A stretch of DNA of 39,706 bases from Pyrinomonadaceae bacterium (GCA_031366425.1 JANLZV010000361.1:1-39706), one strand, 5' to 3'. Shown: positions 1-9,859, counted from the stretch's first letter. The notes: generated from the letters alone by a model not told the origin. Translations and numbers: made by a program.

Positions 1-1012
1 TAACGCCGTTGCGCGCATCCAGGTCAGGGACCACCGTGCGAACGGTCCTCCCTAGATTTTCCCGCAACGACTCGTAACCAAAAAAGAAAAATAATCTATT
101 AGGCCGGATGGGGCCGCCAAAAGATCCGCCAAACTGGTTTCGCTTAAACTCGGGTTTCTTCGCCGCATCAAAAAAATTGCGGGCGTCAAAATTGTCGTTG
201 CGATGGAATTCGTAAGCCGAGCCATGCCAGGTGTTAGTGCCAGACTTCGAAACCGCGTTAATTTGTCCGCCTGAGTTTCTGCCAAACTCGGCGCCGTAGG
301 AATTCGCTTCCACGCGAAACTCACGAATGGTTTCCACGCCCAGCACGGTGCCCGCGGCGCTGCCCGCTGGTCCATTCGTGAAATCATTTTGCGGCGTGCC
401 ATCGAGCAGGTAGACATTCGATCGCGGGTCCTGCCCGTTGATGCTCATGCCGAGGCCATGGGCCACGACCGAGCCGCCATCTCGATGCGCGTAGCCGATT
501 ACGCCCGGTTGCAACAGGGCGAGGTCGGTATAGTTTCGCCCGTTCAAAGGCAGGCCACGAATCGTTTGTTCACTGACGAGGTAACTAAGCTCAGCTGTCT
601 GGGTGTTGACTAAGGCCTCGCCGCTGTTGACCGTCACGTCCGCCGTCAGGCTCGAAACTTTCATAACGAGGGAGACGGAGGTGGTGTCATTGACCGTCAG
701 ATTGACATTCGGAAACGAGAGCGGCTCAAAGCCGGTTAGCTCGGCGTGCAATTCGTAGAGACCTACGGGCATCGCGGGAAAAACGAACCTTCCTTCGCCT
801 TCACTCGTAGTAGTCCGCGTGAGACCAGTGTCCAGATGATTAGCGGTCACCCTGACCCCGGCGAGTGCAGCGCCATTCGTATCTTTGATCTCGCCGGTGA
901 TCGTGCTGCTGGTTTGCGCGACAGCACTAATTGCGAAAACAAAAAACAGGATCACTGTCCAGAAACATCGTCGGGCGAGCACTGGAAACGAAAGTCGCGA
1001 AACATCCATCAT
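1..1012 (-). CDS. TonB-dependent receptor with carboxypeptidase-regulatory-like N-terminal domain (5' part only, runs off the left edge)
   Basis: Absent from the ORF track because it has no stop in the window. The reverse frame from ATG at 1012 stays open to base 1 (checked codon by codon at several points). Translation begins MMDVSRLSFPVLARRCFWTVILFFVFAISAVAQTSSTITGEIKDTNGAALAGVRVTANHLDTGLTRTTTSEGEGRFVFPAMPVGLYELHAELTGFEP, i.e. signal peptide plus CarboxypepD_reg. Plug-region motifs follow (LPLNGRNYTDLALLQPGV, FGRNSGGQINAVSKSGTN, FDARNFF, NQFGGSFGGPI), colinear with the 1263..4520 paralogue. Confidence 0.85.
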   Translation of the reverse strand, partial: MMDVSRLSFPVLARRCFWTVILFFVFAISAVAQTSSTITGEIKDTNGAALAGVRVTANHLDTGLTRTTTSEGEGRFVFPAMPVGLYELHAELTGFEPLSFPNVNLTVNDTTSVSLVMKVSSLTADVTVNSGEALVNTQTAELSYLVSEQTIRGLPLNGRNYTDLALLQPGVIGYAHRDGGSVVAHGLGMSINGQDPRSNVYLLDGTPQNDFTNGPAGSAAGTVLGVETIREFRVEANSYGAEFGRNSGGQINAVSKSGTNTWHGSAYEFHRNDNFDARNFFDAAKKPEFKRNQFGGSFGGPIRPNRLFFFFGYESLRENLGRTVRTVVPDLDARNGV

Positions 1013-1162
1013 AGGTTTTGCTCCGAACAGCACATTGAGATTGTCGGTAGTGAATACGGCGTGTTACGGCAATCAGTTTCACACATTGCCGACTAAGACG
1101 CATCCCTTAGACGACTCGGTTGCCGCCTTTCTTCGATAATCACAAAAGCGGTCAAACTTTTC

Positions 1163-1191
1163 TTACATTGCTCGACTGATTCTGGTAATAA
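1163..1191 (+). promoter_or_regulatory. Candidate sigma-70-type promoter for the 1263..4520 receptor
   Basis: ttacat (1163..1168), a 17-nt spacer ending in tgg (extended -10-like TGn), then taataa (1186..1191). It lies about 70 nt upstream of ATG 1263. Only partial matches to consensus. Confidence 0.3.
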
Positions 1192-1262
1192 TGAACGCAG
1201 CCAAGTTTCAACCCCCGATTGTTTGCAACTACTTCCGAAATTTCGTAAGAGGACCACATTCG

Positions 1263-4200
1263 ATGTCTACGTTTGCTAAAGCTTTCTTACTCGCTTTCCT
1301 GATTTGCGTTTCGTCATCTGCCGGCGCACAAACGCATCGAGCTTCAATGCGCGGAACAATCACCGATCCTAATCACGCAGTAATCCCCGGCGCCACCATC
1401 AAGGCAATTAACGAGGCGACGAACGAAACTAGAAACACCGTCAGCGACGAGAATGGCTCGTATACCATCTCCTCGCTCGCGGCCGGGTCTTACCGGCTTG
1501 AGATTAATGCGCCGGGATTCGCGCGACGCGTGATTACCAACATTTCGGTTGCCGTTAATCAAGAACTCCGATTGGACGGGAAGTTAGAGGTCGGCGCAAT
1601 TAGCGATTCTCCAGGCGATCTTTACCTCCCAGAGCCCCTGCTAAAACAAGACTCCGCTTCCATTTCAACTTTGATCGATGAGCGGCAGGTGGCCGGCCTT
1701 CCGCTTGATGGGCGAAATTTTTATGAGTTGACGTTGCTGGTTCCAGGTGCCGTCTCCGCCGCGCCAGGCTCCGCCGGTTCGGTCCGCGGTGATTTTGCTT
1801 TCAGCGTCAACGGCGCGCGCGAAGACGGCAACAACTTTTTGCTCGACGGCGTTTACAACGTCGATCCAAAGCTGAACACCTTTGGCGTGCGCCCGTCCAT
1901 CGACGCGATCAAGGAATTTGAAATCGCCACCAGCACCTACGACGCAGCGTTTGGCCGCAACCCCGGCGCGCAAGTCAACGTCATTCTCAAGTCGGGCAGT
2001 AATTATTTTCATGGTTCTCTCTTCGAGTTTCATCGCAACGGAGCGCTCGACGCCCGCAACTTTTTTGCCCCAGCAGGAGAAGCCAAGCCAAAGTATATTC
2101 GCAACCAGTTTGGCGGGTCGATTGGTGGTCCGATCAAACGTGACCGCACTTTTTTCTTCGGCGACTATGAAGGCACGCGTTCGCGTGAAGGGATCACGCG
2201 CATCACGAATGTGCCGACACTGCTGGAACGTAGCGGAGATTTTTCGCAGTCAAGAGATATTTTTGGCAACCAGGTCTTCGTGAGTAACCCGTTTCTGCCG
2301 CGCGATCCAGTGACATTTCAACTGCCGCCATGCAATGCCATCAACCAAACGGGATGCTTCCCCGGCAACCGCGTTCCGCTCGCCTTTCAGAATTCTATCG
2401 GCCGCGCGCTTGCCACTCTGTACCCGGCGCCCAATCGAAACGTGCCTTTTCAAAACTTTGTTTCGTCACCGACGCAAGTGGATCGCAACGACAGTTTTGA
2501 CGCGCGCCTCGATCATCGTTTTACTGACCGCACGGAGCTTGCGGTTCGTTATAGTTTTGGCAGCCGGAAGCTCTTCGAGCCGTTCACCGGTTCCTCGTTT
2601 GCGCTCGTGCCCGGCTTTGGCGACACCGTTAATCGAAAAAGCCAGAACGTGATGGCTGCGTTAACGTCAGTGCTGACGCCTAATTTCGTGAATGAAGCAC
2701 GGGTAGCGCTCAGCCGCGTCGCCGGCGCGGTCACACAGCAAGCCAGCCAACGCAATCAGGATCTGGGACTCCCGGTAATTTCCAACAATGCGCGTGACGT
2801 AGGTTTGAGCTTCATCACCGTGACCGGATTCTCGCCGTTGGGAGATGAAGGCAACAATCCGCAGAACAGTGTCACGAACGTCTATCAGTTGCTCGACACG
2901 GCCAGCTACGTGCGCGGCAATCATCTGGCGAAGTTTGGCCTCGATTTTAGGTTGGCCCAGCAGAATGCGTTTCGCGATGTCGAATCGCGCGGCCGTCTGC
3001 AGTTTTCCCCATTCGCGCAAATTTCCGGCAACGCGCTTGCTGATCTCCTGCTGGGATTTCCTTTGCTGACGAGCGTCGCTCGCGTTGATAACCCGCAGCA
3101 CCTTAGAACCAGAAGCTACAACTTTTTCGCCAACGATAGTTTCCGCGCCACGCCGCGACTTACTCTGACCGCCGGCTTGCGTTACGAATACAACTCGCCC
3201 CCAGTCGATACGGCTGACCGCGCAAATGTTTACGACGTGAACACCGGAACCCTTGTGCGGGTTGGTACCAACGGCGTTCCGCGAGGAGGTTTTCATCCGG
3301 ATCGGAACAACTTTGCGCCCCGGGTTGGGTTTGCCTGGACGGTCGGCGAGGATGCGCACACGGTGCTGCGGGCGGGCTATGGCGTCTATTACGATCAGTC
3401 GGCCCTCGCTCCCGGCGAGGCGCTCTATTTCAACTCGCCTTATTTCGACAACAACATTTTCTTTTCGCTCCCGGGTTTGCCGCTGACGCTGAATGCTCCC
3501 TTCCCGTCGCCCTTCCCGTTCCCGTTGCCGGATTCCGCTCTCGCGATCCAACGCGATCTGCGCACCGCTTACATGCAACACTGGAACTTCAATCTGCAGC
3601 GCGAGTTTTTCCGCAGCAGTGTGCTGGAGATTGGCTACGTCGGCTCCAAAGGGACGAAGCTCTTGACGGCCCGCGACATCAATCAACCCCAGCCGTCAGT
3701 GCTGCCGCCCGGCCTCCCAGTTGTGCCGCGTCCAAATCCACGATTCGATGATATCGACTTGCTTGAGTCGCGCGCCAATTCGAATTACCACAGCCTGCAG
3801 GCGCGTTTCCAACAACGACTCGCGAAAGGCCTGGCCACGCTCGTCTCCTACACCTGGTCCAAGTCCATCGACGACGCTTCGAATTTTTTTAGCAGTGCGG
3901 GCGATCCAAACTTCCCGCAGAATAGTCGTAACGTTCGCGCCGAACGCGGTCGTTCAAACTTCGACGTCAGACATCGCCTATCGGCAAGTTACTCTTATGA
4001 TCTCCCGTTTGGCCGGGGAAAGAATTACCTGGCGGACTCCGGATGGGTGACGAAGATGCTGAGTGGGTGGCAATCGTTTGGAATCGTAACGCTGCAAAGC
4101 GGCCGGCCATTTACAGTCGCGCTGCTTTCCGAGATCGACAATAGCGGCACGGGTCGTTCAATTTTAGGTTTCGGCGCCAACGACCGCCCCAATGTCGTTG

Positions 4201-4520
4201 GTGATCCGCGCCTCGCCCAGAGGTCAGCGGGCCAATGGTTCAATCAAAGCGCGTTTGCCTTTCCGGCGCCCGGCACGTTTGGCAATGCCGGACGAAATAT
4301 TCTCGATGGACCCGGATATGCAAACGTAAACGCCTCACTTGTGAAGAACACAGCTTTGTCAGAGCAATTTAATTTGCAGTTTCGCGCGGAAGTATTCAAT
4401 CTTCTTAACCATCCAAACTTCAACCTGCCTGATAACTTCCTGGGCTCGCCGACGTTTGGCCGGATCACTTCTGCGCGCGACCCGCGTCACCTTCAATTCG
4501 GTGTCAAACTTTTGTTTTAG
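1263..4520 (+). CDS. TonB-dependent receptor (CarboxypepD_reg domain + plug + beta-barrel)
   Basis: ORF 1191..4520. ATG 1263 gives the signal peptide [23 protein letters not shown]. CarboxypepD_reg-like segment [56 protein letters not shown]. Plug motifs [52 protein letters not shown]. The long barrel ends ...LQFGVKLLF with the terminal Phe typical of outer-membrane barrels. Confidence 0.9.
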   Translation: MSTFAKAFLLAFLICVSSSAGAQTHRASMRGTITDPNHAVIPGATIKAINEATNETRNTVSDENGSYTISSLAAGSYRLEINAPGFARRVITNISVAVNQELRLDGKLEVGAISDSPGDLYLPEPLLKQDSASISTLIDERQVAGLPLDGRNFYELTLLVPGAVSAAPGSAGSVRGDFAFSVNGAREDGNNFLLDGVYNVDPKLNTFGVRPSIDAIKEFEIATSTYDAAFGRNPGAQVNVILKSGSNYFHGSLFEFHRNGALDARNFFAPAGEAKPKYIRNQFGGSIGGPIKRDRTFFFGDYEGTRSREGITRITNVPTLLERSGDFSQSRDIFGNQVFVSNPFLPRDPVTFQLPPCNAINQTGCFPGNRVPLAFQNSIGRALATLYPAPNRNVPFQNFVSSPTQVDRNDSFDARLDHRFTDRTELAVRYSFGSRKLFEPFTGSSFALVPGFGDTVNRKSQNVMAALTSVLTPNFVNEARVALSRVAGAVTQQASQRNQDLGLPVISNNARDVGLSFITVTGFSPLGDEGNNPQNSVTNVYQLLDTASYVRGNHLAKFGLDFRLAQQNAFRDVESRGRLQFSPFAQISGNALADLLLGFPLLTSVARVDNPQHLRTRSYNFFANDSFRATPRLTLTAGLRYEYNSPPVDTADRANVYDVNTGTLVRVGTNGVPRGGFHPDRNNFAPRVGFAWTVGEDAHTVLRAGYGVYYDQSALAPGEALYFNSPYFDNNIFFSLPGLPLTLNAPFPSPFPFPLPDSALAIQRDLRTAYMQHWNFNLQREFFRSSVLEIGYVGSKGTKLLTARDINQPQPSVLPPGLPVVPRPNPRFDDIDLLESRANSNYHSLQARFQQRLAKGLATLVSYTWSKSIDDASNFFSSAGDPNFPQNSRNVRAERGRSNFDVRHRLSASYSYDLPFGRGKNYLADSGWVTKMLSGWQSFGIVTLQSGRPFTVALLSEIDNSGTGRSILGFGANDRPNVVGDPRLAQRSAGQWFNQSAFAFPAPGTFGNAGRNILDGPGYANVNASLVKNTALSEQFNLQFRAEVFNLLNHPNFNLPDNFLGSPTFGRITSARDPRHLQFGVKLLF

Positions 4521-4559
4521 CTATTGGGCAAACCCGGTCTCAACCAAAGGACTACTCCC

Positions 4560-5795
4560 ATGATCTCGCAACGCTGGTTCACCATCCTGCTATCCCTGAC
4601 ATTACTTTCGACCACCGCCGCGGCGCAGGATTGGCCGCAATGGCGCGGGCCGAATCGCGACGCCCTGGTTACCGATGCGGTCATACCCGCAACCTGGCCC
4701 AAGACTCTGAAGGAGGAGTGGAAAGTAACGGTGGGACTGGGCCACGCTTCACCCGTAGTGGCGAATGGAAAGATCTACGTTTTCGCGCGCCAGGGCGAAG
4801 ACGAGGTGTTGATGAGTCTTGATGCGGCGACCGGCAAGGAGCTCTGGCGATCGAGTCAACCCATCGCTTACGAAATGCATGAGGCCGCTACTGGTCACGG
4901 CAAGGGTCCGAAGTCCACTCCAATAGTCTATAAAGGCAGTGTCTACACCCTGGGGATTTCCGGCGTCCTTTCCGCTCACGATGCTCGCACCGGAAAGCTC
5001 AAATGGCGACAGGAGTTTTCCAAACAGTTTCCCAAAACGTCTCCGCTCTTCGGCGCCGCAATGTCGCCAATCATCGATAGCGGACTGCTGATCGCGCATG
5101 TCGGAGGTCACGACAAAGGCGCCCTGACCGCGTTTGATCCGACGACGGGCGCGGTGAAGTGGTCTAACGCTCTCGATGGACCAGGTTACTCCTCACCAAT
5201 TGTGGTAACCCTCGCGGGCATCCGGCAAATTGTCACCTCGACCCAGGTAAATGTGATCGGGGTTGAAGTAGCAACTGGAAAGCTGCTCTGGAAGATGCCG
5301 GCGAAAAGCCAATACGACGAAAACTCCGTCACCGCTATTGCCTTTCATGACATGGTGATCTTCGCTCGCGAGGGCCAGGGAGTGACAGCGGTTCGGCTGG
5401 AGAAGCAGGAGTCTGGCTTCGTGCCAAAGGAGGTTTGGAACAACAAAGAAACGCCCATGTACCTTAACTCGCCGGTGCTGATCGGGAATTCATTAGTCGG
5501 ACTTTCGCCGACGAAAAAGGGACAGTTCTTTGCGCTAAACGCCGCTACCGGCAAAACGCTTTGGCAAGGACCCGGGCGGATGGGTGAGTATGCGGGAATT
5601 CTCAATCTCGGCGGAAAGTATCTTTTGCTGTTGCTTAACGACGCGAATCTGGTCGTGCTCCCGGCAAATGCCACCGAGTATTTACCCGCGGCCCAATATA
5701 CGGTGGCGACCAGTCCTACCTGGGCTCATCCGGTCGTAATGGGACGACGAATTTTGGTGAAGGACCAAACGTCACTGAGCTCGCTGGCTTTTTAG
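4560..5795 (+). CDS. Exported PQQ_2/BamB-like beta-propeller repeat protein (paralogue 1)
   Basis: The track ORF starts at TTG 4524. ATG 4560 gives the signal peptide MISQRWFTILLSLTLLSTTAAAQ, followed directly by DWPQWRGPNRD. Repeated blade motifs: LMSLDAATGKELW, LSAHDARTGKLKW, LTAFDPTTGAVKW, IGVEVATGKLLW, FFALNAATGKTLW. No cysteine anywhere in the protein. It starts 3 to 39 nt after the receptor stop. Confidence 0.85.
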   Translation: MISQRWFTILLSLTLLSTTAAAQDWPQWRGPNRDALVTDAVIPATWPKTLKEEWKVTVGLGHASPVVANGKIYVFARQGEDEVLMSLDAATGKELWRSSQPIAYEMHEAATGHGKGPKSTPIVYKGSVYTLGISGVLSAHDARTGKLKWRQEFSKQFPKTSPLFGAAMSPIIDSGLLIAHVGGHDKGALTAFDPTTGAVKWSNALDGPGYSSPIVVTLAGIRQIVTSTQVNVIGVEVATGKLLWKMPAKSQYDENSVTAIAFHDMVIFAREGQGVTAVRLEKQESGFVPKEVWNNKETPMYLNSPVLIGNSLVGLSPTKKGQFFALNAATGKTLWQGPGRMGEYAGILNLGGKYLLLLLNDANLVVLPANATEYLPAAQYTVATSPTWAHPVVMGRRILVKDQTSLSSLAF

Positions 5796-5813
5796 GCGTC
5801 GGGTAGCACGCCT
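5794..5813. terminator. Short GC hairpin between convergent genes (weak terminator candidate)
   Basis: aggcgt (5794..5799) pairs with acgcct (5808..5813) around an 8-nt loop. It sits in the 25-nt gap between the stops at 5795 (+) and 5821 (-). There is no clear U-tract. Confidence 0.25.
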
Positions 5814-5820
5814 CGTTCTT

Positions 5821-6465
5821 CTAGCCCACCGCTCGGATCGCGTGCTCGTAAGCTGTTGAAAGTTCGGACTGATTGGTAATACAAATATCCAGATCGCGAA
5901 GCAGGCCGTCGCCGATTCCGTAGATCCAACCATGCACGGCCAACTCCTGCCCGCGGGCCCAGGCATTCTGCACGATCGTGGTGCGGCTCACATTTAGTAC
6001 CTGCTCAATCACATTCAACTCACCCAGTCGATTGACTCGCTTCGTTTCATCATCGATTCCCGACAGGATCGCTTCGTGGTCGTGCATTACGTCCTGCACG
6101 TGTCGCAGCCAATTGTCAGTCAGTCCGAGCTTCATGTTCTGCATCGCCGCGAGCACGCCGCCGCAGCCATCGTGACCACACACGATCACATGGCTCACCT
6201 TCAGCAGGTCAACCGCAAACTGCAAAACCGTCAGGCAATTGAAATCCGTGTGGACCACTACATTGGCCACGTTGCGATGAACAAACAACTCGCCTGGAGC
6301 CAAACCCACAAGTTGCGTTGCCGGCACCCGGCTATCTGAGCAACCGATCCACAAATAGTTGGGGGTTTGTTGCTGCGCGAGTGTTTGAAAAAATTCCGGA
6401 TCATTCTGCTTGATCTCTTCCGACCATCTTCGGTTGTTCTGCAGCAGTTGTTTTACGTCTTTCAT
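5821..6465 (-). CDS. can: Beta-class carbonic anhydrase
   Basis: Colinear with E. coli Can from the N-terminus (MKDVKQLLQNNRRWSEEIKQNDPEFFQTLAQQQTPNYLWIGCSDSRVP...ELFVHRNVANVV). Zinc-ligand motifs CSDSR and VCGHDGCGG are present. Confidence 0.92.
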   Translation of the reverse strand: MKDVKQLLQNNRRWSEEIKQNDPEFFQTLAQQQTPNYLWIGCSDSRVPATQLVGLAPGELFVHRNVANVVVHTDFNCLTVLQFAVDLLKVSHVIVCGHDGCGGVLAAMQNMKLGLTDNWLRHVQDVMHDHEAILSGIDDETKRVNRLGELNVIEQVLNVSRTTIVQNAWARGQELAVHGWIYGIGDGLLRDLDICITNQSELSTAYEHAIRAVG

Positions 6466-6575
6466 AACCTCGCCGGCTCCCGGGAATCATTTTTCGACCG
6501 AACCTTATACGCGCCCATTGTAGTCAATCTGCGGAATTAAGGTGTGTTTCTAATGGGAACATCTCGCGTGGAACA

Positions 6576-8123
6576 TCACTGCGCGGCGATATTGTAGGCG
6601 GCCATCTGGGTGGCGTTTCGCACCAGCAGTTTGCCTCCGGAAATCGCCGGGTAGTTCCAGGTCTTGCCATCGAGCGCGGCAAAGCGCGCCAGCTCAGAAT
6701 ACTGGTCGGGCGATGCTTTCACGAGCGCCAATTCACCGGAGTCGCTGGTCACTATCAAGTGACCGCTCGCGAGAATCACCTGGCCGTATCCGTAACGCCC
6801 GCCCTTCCATTTGCGGGTTCCGGTGTTCACGTCCAGGCATGTCAGAATTCCTTCGTCCAGCCCGTACACGTGCCCTTGATAAAGCACCGAGCTGTTGAAC
6901 TTATTCTTCATATTGATATTTTCCCAAACGGCCTTTGCCGAAAAATTCTTGCCGCTCCCCGAGACCTCCACCAGCGCCGCGCCCTTACCGTAACCCGCGG
7001 AGATGAAGAAACGGTTGTTATCCACCTGGATCGGTTGGGAAACATTGATACCCATGTCGGTGTCCCACGTGTGACTCCAAAGCAACGAGCCATCCTCGGG
7101 GACGAGGCCCATTACGCGAGACGCGCTCACAATAATCACTTGCCGGCGGCCAGCCAGCGTTACCAGCATCGGCGAAACATACGCCGCGGTGTCGTTTTGG
7201 GATTTCCAGATTGGGGCGCCGGTCATTTTGTTGTAGGCAACTACCGAGCGATTTGCCGAACCGCCTGGCAGCACGATCACTTTATCGTCAACAATCAACG
7301 GCGAAGCAGCCATGGCCCACGAAAGATTCGTGGCGCCGTTGTCGCTCAGGATATTTTTTCCCCAAACCACGCCGCCCGTCTTCGCGTCGAGACAACGAAG
7401 TTCGCCGGTGGCGCCGAGCGCGTAAAGCCGACCGTCATCCCAAGTCGGCGTAGCGCGTGGGCCATCGCCGGTGGAGTCGGCGAATTCGGCGTTCCAACCC
7501 TGTTTCCAAAGTTCGCGCCCGTTGGTCACATCGTAAGCAACAACCAGTTCCTGGCTGCGTCTTTGTTCAATCGTGTAGGCGCGGCCGTCCGCGACTACGA
7601 AGGAAGCCCAACCGAGCCCCACGGGTTGTTTCCAAACTGGGGTTAAGCCTCCGGCGGGCCAGGCGGTCAGCACCGGCATTTCGTCATAACGGCCGTCGCG
7701 ATTGGGTCCGCGGAAGTTGGTCCAGTAGTTGCGCGTGGCGTGCGCCGATGCAGTCTCAGTCGAAACGCCGGGAGCGTTCGCAGCCCCGGCGACGGGTGAT
7801 GACTGCGCGGCCGCCGGGTTATTGGCTTGCGTCGGTTCGACTGGCGCAGCGGGAGCGCCGGTTAGGGCTTGCTGTCGCGCCCGGTCCTGTTCGAGAGCTG
7901 CGTAATGCGCTTCGTTGGTGCGCGACTTGATCAAGCCACGCGCAAACAATACGTAGCCGGCAACCAACACGGCGATCCCCACCGTTGCCAGAATCTTCGT
8001 TTTCTTCGCGGTATCGCGTTTCAGCCAAAGCAGGACCAGGCCGACCGGCGGCAACAGGATCGAAGCGGCGATCAGACCAGGCAACGTGCGATACCAGGGT
8101 GTCGATTCTTGCGATGCGAACAT
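6576..8123 (-). CDS. Membrane-anchored PQQ_2/BamB-like beta-propeller protein (paralogue 2)
   Basis: The track ORF starts at GTG 8150. ATG 8123 is preceded by gaaggagat at 8-nt spacing (a strong SD). Two predicted TM helices (LPGLIAASILLPPVGLVLLWL, ILATVGIAVLVAGYVLFA). An Ala/Pro-rich linker follows, then NYWTNFRGPNRDG and blade motifs (VVAYDVTNGRELW, LRCLDAKTGGVVW, VVAYNKMTGAPIW, LTCLDVNTGTRKW). Confidence 0.85.
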   Translation of the reverse strand: MFASQESTPWYRTLPGLIAASILLPPVGLVLLWLKRDTAKKTKILATVGIAVLVAGYVLFARGLIKSRTNEAHYAALEQDRARQQALTGAPAAPVEPTQANNPAAAQSSPVAGAANAPGVSTETASAHATRNYWTNFRGPNRDGRYDEMPVLTAWPAGGLTPVWKQPVGLGWASFVVADGRAYTIEQRRSQELVVAYDVTNGRELWKQGWNAEFADSTGDGPRATPTWDDGRLYALGATGELRCLDAKTGGVVWGKNILSDNGATNLSWAMAASPLIVDDKVIVLPGGSANRSVVAYNKMTGAPIWKSQNDTAAYVSPMLVTLAGRRQVIIVSASRVMGLVPEDGSLLWSHTWDTDMGINVSQPIQVDNNRFFISAGYGKGAALVEVSGSGKNFSAKAVWENINMKNKFNSSVLYQGHVYGLDEGILTCLDVNTGTRKWKGGRYGYGQVILASGHLIVTSDSGELALVKASPDQYSELARFAALDGKTWNYPAISGGKLLVRNATQMAAYNIAAQ

Positions 8124-8326
8124 TTTGAAATCTCCTTCACACTCTACCACGCGGGCGGTTCATGCAATTCGAGGCAGCACCCGAACGCCGGCAAGGGCCA
8201 GTATGCGCCCTTCCTAACAGTCGGGCCACTGCCCCGTTAGCATTCACTGGTTTACGAAACGGTTGGCGTTATCGATATGCAACCGTTAGACGCGCCGAGC
8301 CTTCAGAACGTTCCATCCGCCATCGA

Positions 8327-9670
8327 CTAATTCCCAATCGAGTAAAGGTTGTTGTCACCCCGAATGAATATGCGGCCGTCAGCAATCGCCGGAGAAGCGG
8401 AAACGCCTTCGCCTAATGAATTGGTCCGCAGCACCTCATGTTTCGGCCCCGCTTTTATTACGTAAGTATCGCCGTCCTCGCTGGTAAGGAGGATCTTGTC
8501 TTCGAAAGCTACGGGCGAAGCCTGGAACAGTACCGGCTTCGGCACCCTCGCTCCTTCGTACACCACCTTGCCGGTTTCGACATCGAGACAAGTCAACAGC
8601 CCGCGGTCAGTCATCAGGTAAACATAGTTGCCGTAGAGAATCGGCGACGGCACGTAGGCCGTGCCCTTGTTATACGACCAGACAAGTTGGGAAGTGCCGG
8701 TGATATCGCCATGTCCGCCGGCCCTGATCGCGAGAGCAATCTTGGCAGGAGAACCTGAGGTGAGCACTACCAAATCGTTTCGCACCACTGGAGTAGGTAC
8801 GGCATTACTTTCTAAACCCTTGTGCCGCCAGAGTTCCTTTCCATTCAACGGATCGTAAGCAATGATCACTTCCGCCGCGCTGGCTACGAGTTCGGTGCCC
8901 TTCGAAGTCCGCACGAGCGCAGGCGTGCTCCAGGTGATGTCGACCTTGCGCCCTACGCGCCACTGCTCGCGGCCAGTGCGTTTATCAAACGCGGCGATAA
9001 AGGAATTTCCCCCGCTATCGTCACACTGCATGATCACCAGATTCTGGTAAAGAATCGGTGAGACGCCGTAGCCGACACTCGCGGTGCCGAGCTTTCCCAG
9101 GTTCTGCTTCCAAAGCAATTTGCCCTTGTAGTCGTAAGCGTAGAGCCCTTCCGAACCGAAAAAGGCGAACACGTATTTGCCGTCAGTTGCCGGTGTTGAC
9201 GAAGCGAAGCTTGCCTTCTTATGACGGCTATCGTAGACCGGTCCTTCATACGCCGTTCGCTCCCAAAGAATCTTGCCGGTATCACGATCCAGGCAGATGA
9301 CTTTGAACGTGTGCATCAAGTTTGCGCCCACCGCATCCGGATGCACGAAGTCGCTGCCGTCTGCCATTTTGTGCGTTACGCCGGCAGTTCGTCCGGCGAT
9401 CACTGCGCCGTCGAGTGCGGTGGTCAGAAAAATCTTCTTGCCCCAAATGATCGGCGACGAATGTCCGCGACCTTCAATTGGCGTTTTCCATCTCACATTT
9501 TTGGTGCCGCTCCACTCGTCCGGTAGACCCTTCTCGACAGAGACACCTTGCCCATCCGGACCACGCCACTGCGGCCAGTTGCTACTCTTAGAAGCACTAG
9601 CAGTCAGGGTTGATAGAGTCACGATAAAACTGATGACTAGAGTGATGCTGAGCCGGCTAGAAAATTTCAT
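8327..9670 (-). CDS. Exported PQQ_2/BamB-like beta-propeller protein (paralogue 3)
   Basis: The track ORF starts at TTG 9691. ATG 9670 gives the signal peptide MKFSSRLSITLVISFIVTLSTLTASA, then SNWPQWRGPDGQG. Blade motifs VICLDRDTGKILW, IAAFDKRTGREQW, IIAYDPLNGKELW, LTCLDVETGKVVY. Clearly alignable along its whole length with the 9877..11271 product. Confidence 0.88.
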   Translation of the reverse strand: MKFSSRLSITLVISFIVTLSTLTASASKSSNWPQWRGPDGQGVSVEKGLPDEWSGTKNVRWKTPIEGRGHSSPIIWGKKIFLTTALDGAVIAGRTAGVTHKMADGSDFVHPDAVGANLMHTFKVICLDRDTGKILWERTAYEGPVYDSRHKKASFASSTPATDGKYVFAFFGSEGLYAYDYKGKLLWKQNLGKLGTASVGYGVSPILYQNLVIMQCDDSGGNSFIAAFDKRTGREQWRVGRKVDITWSTPALVRTSKGTELVASAAEVIIAYDPLNGKELWRHKGLESNAVPTPVVRNDLVVLTSGSPAKIALAIRAGGHGDITGTSQLVWSYNKGTAYVPSPILYGNYVYLMTDRGLLTCLDVETGKVVYEGARVPKPVLFQASPVAFEDKILLTSEDGDTYVIKAGPKHEVLRTNSLGEGVSASPAIADGRIFIRGDNNLYSIGN

Positions 9671-9718
9671 GTTCGAGTTTCCCTTTTTCAAGAATTCAAA
9701 TTAACAGTCAGCGTTAAA

Positions 9719-9760
9719 CTCTACCGGGACCACTCTACCGGAACCGCTCTACCGGACCGC
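9719..9760. repeat. Three tandem 14-nt direct repeats (ctctaccgg core)
   Basis: ctctaccgggacca (9719..9732), ctctaccggaaccg (9733..9746), ctctaccggaccgc (9747..9760). They lie 49 to 90 nt upstream of ATG 9670 and abut the long inverted repeat. Confidence 0.8.
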
Positions 9761-9859
9761 GGGCGCCCTCGCCCGCACTGTTCGAACCCCACAATGATCG
9801 AGCCGCCAGACTCAACCGTAGTCTAAACCGCTGCTCGAGCGGGCGAGGGCGCCCGCGGT
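9756..9859. repeat. REP-like element: perfect 21-bp GC-rich inverted repeat with a 62-nt structured spacer
   Basis: accgcgggcgccctcgcccgc (9756..9776) is the exact reverse complement of gcgggcgagggcgcccgcggt (9839..9859). The spacer contains nested small stems (tcgagc/gctcga, agact/agtct). It begins 18 nt beyond the stop of the 9877..11271 gene. Confidence 0.8.

Noticed and set aside
52-417. Track ORF (121 aa, minus strand), and plus-strand ORFs 389..613, 746..1096, 885..1139
   Set aside because: All lie inside the partial TonB-dependent receptor CDS (1..1012, minus). The 52..417 ORF is in a different frame of the same strand, and the others are antisense. Their translations are Arg/Ser/Cys-rich with no domain-like pattern, whereas the receptor frame aligns with the neighbouring paralogue.
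1135-1194. Fur-box-like AT-rich hexamers (gataat at 1135..1140, taataatga at 1186..1194) upstream of the receptor
   Set aside because: These are isolated partial matches. No 19-bp GATAATGATAATCATTATC-like palindrome can be assembled, so iron regulation cannot be claimed.
2667-3686. 339-aa antisense ORF inside the 1263..4520 receptor gene
   Set aside because: A long open antisense frame is typical of GC-rich coding DNA. The product is Arg/Gly/Glu-rich with no recognisable motifs, while the sense frame has unmistakable receptor motifs.
6759-7646. 295-aa plus-strand ORF antisense to propeller paralogue 2. Similar antisense ORFs: 7457..7930, 15008..15406, 17476..18033, 20257..20748, 21223..21852, 30354..30950, 31579..32031, 34522..35031, 35759..36193
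   Set aside because: Each is fully embedded opposite a CDS with strong family motifs. They have Arg/Pro/Gly-biased composition, no SD and no domain signatures, so I treat them as shadow ORFs.
9777-9838. tRNA-like T-loop word gttcgaacccc in the hairpin spacer
   Set aside because: The flanking bases do not form a T-stem, and no acceptor, anticodon or D arms can be drawn. I saw no other tRNA-like T-loop words (ggttcgaatcc and variants, either strand) elsewhere in the window.
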